Below, in pieces: positions 31,065 through 39,600 of a DNA stretch of 64,000 bases. How positions within the stretch are numbered: position 1 is the stretch's first letter; every line of letters starts with the position of its first letter. The position numbers and the translations under genes are program-made. This stretch comes from an uncultured cyanobacterium. Lineage in GTDB: Bacteria > Cyanobacteriota > Cyanobacteriia > PCC-9006 > JAAUQQ01. Location: contig OY970368.1 of the NCBI GenBank assembly GCA_963718615.1, positions 1,088,001 to 1,152,000 of the forward strand. The letters are read 5' to 3'. The notes beneath the pieces are model-generated. The model had not been told where the DNA came from. It searched no databases and saw nothing but the letters and a program-made list of their open reading frames with translations.

Positions 31065-32525
31065 CTATTGCTGATATTCTCGTAGACGTAGTTGTATCCC
31101 CACAGCCGTCAAACCCATGATGATGATCCCCCCAACAGGCAGTTGCCAGCGTAAGGCTTCCAGGGTTTTGGAGGCGGAACCGATGGATTGGTCAAAGGCC
31201 GCTAGCTGGACCTCTAACAGCTTTTGATGGGCGTCGCGAAACAGCTCGAAGGAACCGTTGAGTTGATCGATCTGGTAGCCCGTGGCGAGGGCGATCGCCT
31301 CTTGTTTTCGTCCCTGCTGATTAAACCTATGAATCGTCTCGTAATGCTGTGAGTAGGTTTTTAAAGCCTTTACGGTTGTCTCAACCATGGCCTGTTCTTC
31401 TTCCGTTTTCAGGCTTTGAGCCACTGAGCCCAATAAATCTGAAAAGATAGGCTCGAAGGAATAGCTAGCGTTACTCACTGCGTCGATGGTCGATAGGGAT
31501 ACAATTTGATTGAGCTTTAGTCGGAACGAAGTATCGTATTGCAGTGTTTTAACCGGATCGAGCAGGGCTCGGCTGACGTCTGCATGGGCACTGTAGGCCA
31601 GGGTGCGGATTGTGCGTAGATCGACCAGGGCGGCAAAGGTGTCGGATTGGGCTTGGGCGATTTGGGTGGCGGCGGTGTCGAGCGATCGCAACGTATGTAC
31701 CCACAGCCCCAAAGCCCCCAGCATGGCGCTGAACAGAAGCGGATGGAGGACCCGGCGGGTGCGCTGGCTCAAAAACCATTGCACCGAAACCAAATAGCCT
31801 AACAAGCCTACACCACTGAGAATGAGGCCGACCCTTGTGGTATGAATTCGAGCTTGCTGAAGTCGTTCAGCTCGGGCAAGCTGCTCGGCTTTCACCTGTC
31901 CCAGGGCACGGGCGGCGGGTAAAAGCTGTTGGTCCAACTGCTGGAGTGAGGCCGCATAGGCTTTAGCGGTTTCAGCCGCGTTATCTTGCCCATGCCAGAC
32001 TCTAGCCCGCTCAATCGCCATCAGATAGTCTCCCAGACCCAGTTGTAGCATCGTCACCGGTCGCAATTCCGGGTTGCCATAGGAGAGTTTGCTAATGATT
32101 TGGATCCAGTAGTTGGCGAGTTTCTTTTGACGAACGTCGGCTTCTTGTCGCGCAGCTTGGTTTTGGCCGGGGGGGAGCAGCAACTCATTGGCTAAGCTCG
32201 CATCTAATGCCGCTAGACTATCCTGAATTCGCAAGGTAGTAAGCATGCTCGGGGCAGAATCCTCGGCCAAAAGGCGCAGAGCGGTCTGCTGTTGCCCCAT
32301 GGCGATCAGTCCCAGGGCAACGGTAAAGAATGTGGTCCCACACACTGTATAAAGACCAAGCTTGAGCCATTGCGGGGTGGAAAGCTGTTGGGCGCTGGTT
32401 GGGATGGGATTGGGCAGCGTGAGGACAGAACGGTCTGCGGTGACAAAGGGAGCAAGTTTACCGAGTTTCTCAAGCAACACGTTCAAGCGGAGATGGCTTT
32501 GGAGGCGAGATCGAATCAGGGTCAT
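31065..32525 (-). CDS. GlnX-like 4-TM protein with two periplasmic helical domains
   Basis: Topology TM-periplasmic-TM-RTRRVLHP-TM-periplasmic-TM ending RLREYQ; resembles recalled actinobacterial GlnX motifs. Confidence 0.7.
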   Translation of the reverse strand: MTLIRSRLQSHLRLNVLLEKLGKLAPFVTADRSVLTLPNPIPTSAQQLSTPQWLKLGLYTVCGTTFFTVALGLIAMGQQQTALRLLAEDSAPSMLTTLRIQDSLAALDASLANELLLPPGQNQAARQEADVRQKKLANYWIQIISKLSYGNPELRPVTMLQLGLGDYLMAIERARVWHGQDNAAETAKAYAASLQQLDQQLLPAARALGQVKAEQLARAERLQQARIHTTRVGLILSGVGLLGYLVSVQWFLSQRTRRVLHPLLFSAMLGALGLWVHTLRSLDTAATQIAQAQSDTFAALVDLRTIRTLAYSAHADVSRALLDPVKTLQYDTSFRLKLNQIVSLSTIDAVSNASYSFEPIFSDLLGSVAQSLKTEEEQAMVETTVKALKTYSQHYETIHRFNQQGRKQEAIALATGYQIDQLNGSFELFRDAHQKLLEVQLAAFDQSIGSASKTLEALRWQLPVGGIIIMGLTAVGIQLRLREYQQ

Positions 32526-33232
32526 GGCGATTCTTGAAGGGTGACGGTAAGACGAGTCCAGTGGCCCAGGGTAAAACTATCGCCGCTGTGGAGGGGATAA
32601 TCTTGGAGTGGGGTTAAGGGTTGTCCCCGCAAGTAAGTGCCGTTTGAAGAGCCTAAATCCCGGAGGACGAGGATTTGCTGAGGGTGAGGCGTCAAGAGGG
32701 CATGGCGCTGGGAAACGGCATTGTCAAAGTCCAAGGCGATGTCTGGATAGATGGCTTTGGTTGGGCTGGTGCGTCCGATGAGTGTGGGACCCGGCTGGAG
32801 GGCAAGGGGCTCGGGATTGCGATCCGGGGGAGCAGGGGAGAGATTTGGGTCCCAGAGGCTGGGGTCGATGCTGAGGGTCAGGGTCCAGTGGGATATGGAT
32901 TGTTGTTGGGGGGCCGTACTGGAAGCGGATTGGGGAGCGGGTTGAGGAGTGGATTGGGGAGCGGATTGAGAAGCCGATTGACTGAGGCTAAAGTTGTAGC
33001 CACAAACTTCACAAAACTGGCCCCAGGTCATTTGATGGAGGCTGGTGCAATCGGGACAGGCGATCGCCTCCTCCATCGGATCCTCCCGCTTCTCTTCAGG
33101 CGGGTCTGCCAGAGGCTCCGCATCGGCGATGGTCTTCAGTTTGAGTCCACATTCTGAGCAAAAGTCAGGCTCAGTGGATGGATGGCCCTGGGGACAGGCG
33201 CGCGCAGGTGTAGAGGCAAGAGGAGAAGACAT
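32522..33232 (-). CDS. Zinc-ribbon + FHA domain protein
   Basis: CPQGH..CSEC and CPDC..CEVC; FHA motifs IGR, VSQRHA, DLGSSNGT. Confidence 0.9.
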   Translation of the reverse strand: MSSPLASTPARACPQGHPSTEPDFCSECGLKLKTIADAEPLADPPEEKREDPMEEAIACPDCTSLHQMTWGQFCEVCGYNFSLSQSASQSAPQSTPQPAPQSASSTAPQQQSISHWTLTLSIDPSLWDPNLSPAPPDRNPEPLALQPGPTLIGRTSPTKAIYPDIALDFDNAVSQRHALLTPHPQQILVLRDLGSSNGTYLRGQPLTPLQDYPLHSGDSFTLGHWTRLTVTLQESP

Positions 33233-33262
33233 AGGAGGCAAGAGCGCAACAACAGGCAGGGG

Positions 33263-34564
33263 TTATGAATGGGCGGCAGGGGTTTGCAGACGGGTGGTTT
33301 TGACCGAGCGAGTTTCCAGGGCCATGGCATCGGCCTTGGCGATATCGCGACGGAGCTTAACCGTGCCCGTGGCGGCGTCTTCGACTTCGACGATTTTGTG
33401 GAGGAGTTTGGCAGTGGCTTCGTTGCCGGAGGTTTGGGCAAGCTGGACAGCCCGACCGAGCTTAGCGGTGGCTTCTTCGAAATGACCGCGATCGCGTGCC
33501 TCCAGTCCCTGCTGAATGGTATCGGCAAGTTCCGCTTGGCCGGTGTAGTGGGCGACGCGACGATCGATTTTAGTGGATCGGGATTCATCATCGGTCCAAA
33601 TGGCGAGCACCTTGGCTTCGGTAATTTTGACTTCGTCGCCCTGGACCAAGCTGATCAAACTGGCCCGACCGGCTAGCATTTCATCCCCCACTTTGCCGGG
33701 CTGGACCTGTAGGCAAAAATGGTAATCGCGGGATTCACTCGTACCCCAGGCACCGGTCGGATAGTCACGCGTTTGGGGGTTAGACAGCGTCGCTTTATCC
33801 GTTAAGTCCATTAATTCGGGACTAACCTGTTTACAATACATCACCTCAGCACCACGGGGGGTCCAAAGCCGCAGCCGAATTTCCCGAATCGATTTTTGAG
33901 CGGCGCTACCCAAAATATCCAGAAAATCCTCAGCCATCTGTTCGGGCTCCGGGATAATGTCGGTGGTGCCGAGCAGTTTCTCCGCGATGGTTTTTAGTTC
34001 TTTGACCCTCCAATCTGTGCCAACGCCTCGACAATGGCACTGAAATTGGCCTTGGCAACGGTCTAACAGGGTTGCCAGGGCCTCCTCATCGGAGGCATCG
34101 TTTTGACCATCCGTGAGCAACAGGGCTTGGCAAATGGCGTGGGGTTGTTTGGCGAACTCTTGCTGGGCAGCGTCGAGCCAAGTGGAAATGCGAGTACTGC
34201 CGCTGGCGCGGATTCTGCGGACTTTGGCGATCGCCTGTACCTTCTCTGTTTCTGAAGCCGCAACCATGGGCACCAAAACTTGACTATGGCCTGATCCCAA
34301 AATCACAAAAAATGACGCGCTGGATGGCAATAATTCGATGGCCTGGGTCAAAGCCTTCCGAGCCGCCGCAATTTTTTCACTCCCCATGGAGCCAGACACA
34401 TCGCAAATCATGCCAAAGAGTAAAGGCGTATCAAAGACATCGCTGTTCGATGCTTCCAAACTTTCCCCCCCGCTGCTGACGGTCATAATCGCATGGACTT
34501 CTTGGCTTTGCTCGGGAAGGTAGGGATTTTGAAAAACTTCAGCGGTAAACGTGGTTTGGGTCAT
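33263..34564 (-). CDS. vWA domain protein
   Basis: MIDAS DVSGS, T in STRIS, LLTDG; C-terminal HYTGQAELA...LETRSVKT. Confidence 0.92.
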   Translation of the reverse strand: MTQTTFTAEVFQNPYLPEQSQEVHAIMTVSSGGESLEASNSDVFDTPLLFGMICDVSGSMGSEKIAAARKALTQAIELLPSSASFFVILGSGHSQVLVPMVAASETEKVQAIAKVRRIRASGSTRISTWLDAAQQEFAKQPHAICQALLLTDGQNDASDEEALATLLDRCQGQFQCHCRGVGTDWRVKELKTIAEKLLGTTDIIPEPEQMAEDFLDILGSAAQKSIREIRLRLWTPRGAEVMYCKQVSPELMDLTDKATLSNPQTRDYPTGAWGTSESRDYHFCLQVQPGKVGDEMLAGRASLISLVQGDEVKITEAKVLAIWTDDESRSTKIDRRVAHYTGQAELADTIQQGLEARDRGHFEEATAKLGRAVQLAQTSGNEATAKLLHKIVEVEDAATGTVKLRRDIAKADAMALETRSVKTTRLQTPAAHS

Positions 34565-34594
34565 GATGGTTTAGGAAGTGGTTTAGGGAATGGT

Positions 34595-35575
34595 CTAGGG
34601 AATAGAAATTTGTAGTAACGCAGCGCTGATATTGTCGTGGCCCCCTTGGCTGCGGGCAAAGTCGATCAGCCGTTGGGTCAGGATCGCTGTGGGGGGAGCG
34701 GCAGTCTCAGCAGCCTCTGGACATTCGGACCGTTGGAGGAACTGCCACAGGTGCTCCGGCTCCGGCGCGTAGTTCCAGAGACCATCGCTACACAGCAGCA
34801 CATAGCCTGACCCTGGCAGTTCAACGGTGGTAAACTGCGGCGGAAATTGGTGAAAATCCGCATCGGCTCCAAGCCAGCGCGTCAGTTGATGGTGTTGCAC
34901 CGAGTCGCTGTGGTCCTGGGTGATTTGATACCCACCCCTTGAGGAAAGCCAATAGGCCCGACTGTCGCCGAGCCAACCAACCGCTAATTGGCGATCGCGC
35001 ACCAAAGCCGCGACGACCGTGGTTGCTGGAACATTGGATTCCCCCCGAGCGAGATCGGTGACGGCGGTCTGGGCTTGAGCCATGGCCGGTTCCAAAAGCT
35101 CAACTAAAGGCCTATCCGTCGCCGTTGCAGAAGTTATCTGATTTTGTAAGACTTGGCTAATCGTAGCGACGGCGACCTGAGCTGCGAGCTCCGCACGGCT
35201 GGCACTGCCGATACCATCACAAAGAATGAGTCCCCAATAGGCAGGCTGGGCGGCTTGGGCCGGTTGGTTGAGCAGGGCAATGGCGTCTTGATTGAGGCGA
35301 CGACGCAAACCGCGATCGCTCAAGGCCGCACAGCGAGATGACAGTTGCAGTTGCAGAGGCGGATCCTCAGGCATTGAGCGCAAACCACAATCTTGACAAA
35401 AGCCCTCAGCATCCAAGGCCAGTGCACCACAATGGTTACAGGGTTGGGAGGGCAGAGCGGGGGCAGAGCAAGGGGTACCGCAGGTTTCACAGAAGCGATC
35501 GCCCGTAAACAAAGGCGCGTTGCACTGGGAACAAAGATGTCTGAGCGCAACTTGTAGAGGAGGAGGAGAGGTCAT
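34595..35575 (-). CDS. Zinc-ribbon + PP2C (PPM) Ser/Thr phosphatase
   Basis: Four CxxC; NQDA, CDGIG, GDSRAY, CSDGLWN, GHDNIS. Confidence 0.92.
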   Translation of the reverse strand: MTSPPPLQVALRHLCSQCNAPLFTGDRFCETCGTPCSAPALPSQPCNHCGALALDAEGFCQDCGLRSMPEDPPLQLQLSSRCAALSDRGLRRRLNQDAIALLNQPAQAAQPAYWGLILCDGIGSASRAELAAQVAVATISQVLQNQITSATATDRPLVELLEPAMAQAQTAVTDLARGESNVPATTVVAALVRDRQLAVGWLGDSRAYWLSSRGGYQITQDHSDSVQHHQLTRWLGADADFHQFPPQFTTVELPGSGYVLLCSDGLWNYAPEPEHLWQFLQRSECPEAAETAAPPTAILTQRLIDFARSQGGHDNISAALLQISIP

Positions 35576-35620
35576 AGACAAGGACGGAATGGCAGAATGG
35601 GATTTAATAACCGAAGCAGG

Positions 35621-36481
35621 CTACACCCAGGTCAACGGACGGATTTGATTGGCTTGATCCACGAGCCAAGTCCGTTCTAAACCGGCACTCAACCGGGCCA
35701 GGGAGCGCAGGGTTTGTTCGAGGGCTTGTCGCAGGTCGAGGATGGTGAGCCGACATTGACTTAGGCGGATGTCAGCCCGTTCCGGGAGGTGCTGGTTTTC
35801 GAGCAGATAGAGGGCAGTATTCAGCAACAGATACCGCTGTCGATGGGCTGCTTGGGGATCAAGGGTGATCTGGGCTAGGTAATCCGCTGCCGCTTGCAAG
35901 TCCTGTAGGGTGGGGAGAGAAGGTTTGAGTTGTAGATGGATCTGGACCATGTCGAGGCGCGATCGCCCATACAACCTTGACGTGGGTGGAATCTGCTGAA
36001 GGACTTGCAGGACCTGAGTGCGAACCTGTGGAAAATTCTTTCCGAATGGTTCTCCAGCGGCAAGGGCACACCGAGCCAAACCACAGGCAGCCGCTTCATA
36101 GCGGACATCGGTTTGCAAGACACGATGATAGAGCCTCAGGGCTCGGCTCCAGTTTTCAGTCAGTTCTGCGACTTGGGCCAAAGCCAGTTGGGGGGCTAAC
36201 TCTCCCGGTAGGTGATTGTAGACCTGCTCTAGCAAGGGTTGAGCTTGTAGGGCACGTCCTTTCAACAGCCGCAGTTGGGCTCGCTGCCAAGCCACTCGCC
36301 AGTCCGCAGGCTGATTAACCGCACACCGGTTCAAAAGCTGTTCAGCGGGGTTGAGATCAGCTTGGATCATGAGCAGTTGACTGCGCAGCAAAAGCGTAGC
36401 CTGGGAAGTGGGAACCTGCTGACTCAATCGCTTGAGCTCCTGGAGTTGCTGGGCGGAATCGGTCAGGCTCAGCAAGGGCAA
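35621..36481 (-). CDS. PknG-type C-terminal TPR domain (separated from kinase by frameshift)
   Basis: DWRVAW, LPGELAPQLALA, LVDQANQIRP, matching the PknG TPR tail. Confidence 0.8.
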   Translation of the reverse strand: MPLLSLTDSAQQLQELKRLSQQVPTSQATLLLRSQLLMIQADLNPAEQLLNRCAVNQPADWRVAWQRAQLRLLKGRALQAQPLLEQVYNHLPGELAPQLALAQVAELTENWSRALRLYHRVLQTDVRYEAAACGLARCALAAGEPFGKNFPQVRTQVLQVLQQIPPTSRLYGRSRLDMVQIHLQLKPSLPTLQDLQAAADYLAQITLDPQAAHRQRYLLLNTALYLLENQHLPERADIRLSQCRLTILDLRQALEQTLRSLARLSAGLERTWLVDQANQIRPLTWV

Positions 36482-36488
36482 GATGGCG

Positions 36489-37781
36489 CTATAGGCGGGG
36501 TCCTTCTGGGTCTAGCAGAAGCGTGGGCAGCCGGTTTGGGGCAGATCGTTGGGCGTCATCGGGCACAAAGTAATGGCTGCGGCTAGGAATGGGCTGTCCC
36601 GTTTCCTGGGCCACGACCTCCCGCAGGACTCCCGCCAGTTGCTCTGCCATGTCTTCAGCGGACTGAAAGCGCTGCGCTGGCTTCTGGGCTGTGGCCCGCT
36701 GCAAAAAGCGATAGAGCGATTCTTGCTGGGCAAACAGCGGTACTTGGTCCGGCGTGGGCAGGCGATCGCGATTCCGCTCACTAAATTCCGGGATGACCGC
36801 TACCAGCACCGCCAGCGTCCGCCCCACGGTAAACAAATCCGAGGCAGGCGTAGGTCCCGCCCCCGCTTCTGGCGCGCTGTACCCCACGGTACCGTAAATA
36901 TCCCCCTGGGGATCATCAATGCGACGCACCGCCCCCATATCAATCAGTTTGATGCTGTTTCCTTCTAGCATCAGGTTGTCGGGCTTAAAATCGCAGTAGA
37001 CCAACCCTTGATTGTGAAGATAGCCAAAGGCTCCGAGGATACCGTGGATGTAGGCGATCGCCTCCGCCACCGGCAGAGGACCGCGCTCCCGCCGCAGTTG
37101 ACGCAGGGTTTGTCCCGCCACATATTCCATCACAATCAAGCCTTCGCCGCCGTGGGTCACAAAGTTGTATACCCCGACAATGTTGGGATGCTTGACCGCT
37201 GCCAGAAACTGCCGCTCCGCTAAGGCCACCGCCGCACTGGAGTCATCTTCGCTATTGAGCAGTCCCTTGAGAACCACGTAGCGAGAGAGGACGCGATCGA
37301 ACCCAAGATAAATCCAGCCGAGTCCCCCGTAGGCGATCGCCCCCTTCACCTCATACTGCTCCGCCACCACATCCCCAGCCCTAAGACTGGGCACAAAGGA
37401 ATAGCGATGGCCGCATTGTCCACAAAAACCGCGATCGCGACGCACCGGATGATCGCAGTGGCCACAGAAGCGTTTGTGAGCCGGTACGCTGGGATCTTGC
37501 AGAAGCAACGCTTCGGGATCGCGAGCGGGCAGAGGGGGCAGGGAAACCAGTCCCAGGCCGAGTCCTCCGCTATTGCGGGTGCTGGTGTTTCGGGTGCTGG
37601 TGTTTCGGGTGCTGCTGAGAGAGATGGAACCTGGATCGCTAGAGACGGTCGCGCCTAGTGTAGAAACCAATCTAGGTTGTTCGGCAAGACCACAGCAGTT
37701 GCAATAGCCCTCTTCGAGAATACCGGTGCATTGGGGGTACTGACAGCGATCGCCATCCATCGTAATTGCTCCTAAATTCAA
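36489..37781 (-). CDS. pknG: PknG-type Ser/Thr kinase (Zn ribbon, rubredoxin-like domain, kinase domain)
   Basis: KRFCGHC..FCGQCG..YSF, IAYGGLGWIYL, VVLKGL, ERQFLA, YCDFKPDN (non-RD), IDMGAV, YGTVGYSAPE. Confidence 0.85.
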   Translation of the reverse strand: MNLGAITMDGDRCQYPQCTGILEEGYCNCCGLAEQPRLVSTLGATVSSDPGSISLSSTRNTSTRNTSTRNSGGLGLGLVSLPPLPARDPEALLLQDPSVPAHKRFCGHCDHPVRRDRGFCGQCGHRYSFVPSLRAGDVVAEQYEVKGAIAYGGLGWIYLGFDRVLSRYVVLKGLLNSEDDSSAAVALAERQFLAAVKHPNIVGVYNFVTHGGEGLIVMEYVAGQTLRQLRRERGPLPVAEAIAYIHGILGAFGYLHNQGLVYCDFKPDNLMLEGNSIKLIDMGAVRRIDDPQGDIYGTVGYSAPEAGAGPTPASDLFTVGRTLAVLVAVIPEFSERNRDRLPTPDQVPLFAQQESLYRFLQRATAQKPAQRFQSAEDMAEQLAGVLREVVAQETGQPIPSRSHYFVPDDAQRSAPNRLPTLLLDPEGPRL

Positions 37782-37857
37782 TCGGTTCTTTGCTGAATGG
37801 GGCTAAAAATTAAAATAAATAGACCGACTAGAGTTCAAGCTCTCTAGAGCTAGAGAG

Positions 37858-38763
37858 CTAGCGATTGAGCTGCTGCTCATACTGCTGCGTCCACAATTCC
37901 ACTTCGTCAAGGGGTGTCGGACGGCTATAAAGACCTTGCTCTGCGCACTTCGCCAATTGGCAAAGCTGAGGAATTTCGATTTTTCCCTTGGCTTGGGCCT
38001 TGGCTTGAAGGGCCTGCAATCGGCCTCGTAATTCTTTCCGTAGGGCAAGGTCCCGTTTATAGCAGGCCAAACTCGATTCGATCGCCTCAACCACTGGGGT
38101 GAAGGCTTGCTGCCAGGTCAATAATGCTTCTCGTGCATGGGGCAACTGACTCAGTTGCTCCAACTGCTGTTGGAGATTCAACAGGGTTTCCTCGGAGGGA
38201 AACAAGGGAGGGCTGTGGCGATGGATTTTAGTTTGATATTCCCGTTGAAGGATAAGGGCATCGGCATAGCGATCGCGACAGCTCAACCACCGCTGGCGAC
38301 AGTCCTCGATCGCCGCTTGCAGTGCTCCCACTTCCTCCCAATAGGTAGTTTCCCACTGGTCCAAGGCTTGCCAAAGCTGTTGATGCCCCTGAATCAGGCG
38401 CGAGAGCAAGGTTTCGGGTAGAATCCGCTCGCCTGAGGGCAGATCAATGGAGGGTTCGGTCAACAGAGCTGCAACTGTTGCCAGAGCTGTTTTTCCCAAT
38501 AGCGGTTGGTGTTGTTGGCGATGGTTCTGGGCGCGATGGAGAAAATTGATCAAGCAATCGAACTGTTCAAACAAAGCCTGAGATTCGCTCAGCAGGGCTT
38601 GGCCAGTGGGGTCAAGGGTGGCAGAGGCCGTTCGACTCAGTGCCACCAAGCGTTGATAGCTGGGCAAATCATCAAAACGCAGCAGCGCTTGGCTCATCAC
38701 ATCCACCCGCTGCTGCCAGTCCATCAGCAGGCGATCGATTTGTTCAACGGTGGCTATCACCAT
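37858..38763 (-). CDS. Helical/coiled-coil hypothetical protein, first gene of the PknG operon
   Basis: Helical composition; C-terminal RKELRGRLQALQAKA...LYSRPTPL resembles, from recall, the protein preceding PknG in actinobacterial clusters. Confidence 0.75.
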   Translation of the reverse strand: MVIATVEQIDRLLMDWQQRVDVMSQALLRFDDLPSYQRLVALSRTASATLDPTGQALLSESQALFEQFDCLINFLHRAQNHRQQHQPLLGKTALATVAALLTEPSIDLPSGERILPETLLSRLIQGHQQLWQALDQWETTYWEEVGALQAAIEDCRQRWLSCRDRYADALILQREYQTKIHRHSPPLFPSEETLLNLQQQLEQLSQLPHAREALLTWQQAFTPVVEAIESSLACYKRDLALRKELRGRLQALQAKAQAKGKIEIPQLCQLAKCAEQGLYSRPTPLDEVELWTQQYEQQLNR

Positions 38764-39126
38764 GGGGATGTCCCTTGGGGCGTGGTCGCCAGATAGGTCA
38801 TTGGTCTATCAGCCCTGGATCAAACTCTTATCTAATTGCCTCGCATACTGCCATGACTGGATTTTTAATTTGTACGATCGCCACCTAGAAATCTATCGCG
38901 AACCGGATAGATGTTGATACAGCCAAGTTTAGGCTGCTCGCCGAGGGCGCGATCGCCCCATACAAAGCCAAAGACAGTCCAAAGCCCTTAAAATATAAGC
39001 ATCAGCCATCGTCCAAGACTCAGACCAAGCACCACAGCCCAAGCAACCTGCCATGCAAATCGTCATTGACAACTCAGCGAGCGGATATGCCATGATAGTG
39101 AGAGAAGACTAGACCAAGGTTAAGTC

Positions 39127-39489
39127 ATGACAACCAAAGAGCTGCTTTTACAAGAGATAGAAGCCCTGCCTGAGTCTGTTTTAGCTCAGTTACTTGTATT
39201 TCTGCATACATTAAAAACAAATCAGACCGACAAAGCCAAATCTATCACCTTGGTTTCAGCATCAGGAGAAATCCAAGTATCGCAGACTGAGCTGATTTGC
39301 CAAGAGCAGAAGTTGACCCTCTCTCCACTCGCAACTCCCGCAACGCCGATGGAGCGAGTTCGGCAGGAACTGAAGCAAGCCTTAGAAAAGGCAGGATATA
39401 CAAACCGAGCATCTATCATCGAACTCGTACAGGACGTGAAACGGGAAATACTACTTGAACGTGAGGTCAGCCGTAGGATCATGGCCTGA
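39127..39489 (+). CDS. Hypothetical protein, DUF2281-like antitoxin-type N-terminus
   Basis: MTTKELLLQEIEALPESVLAQLLVFLHTLK. Confidence 0.6.
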   Translation: MTTKELLLQEIEALPESVLAQLLVFLHTLKTNQTDKAKSITLVSASGEIQVSQTELICQEQKLTLSPLATPATPMERVRQELKQALEKAGYTNRASIIELVQDVKREILLEREVSRRIMA

Positions 39490-39600
39490 TTCATACAATG
39501 GTTGCAGAAACAAAAGAGTTTAATTGTTATACGCCAGATGAGTTTGCTCAGCAATATCTCTCTGATTCGATTTAAAAGAACGGAGAGAGAATTTACAGCC

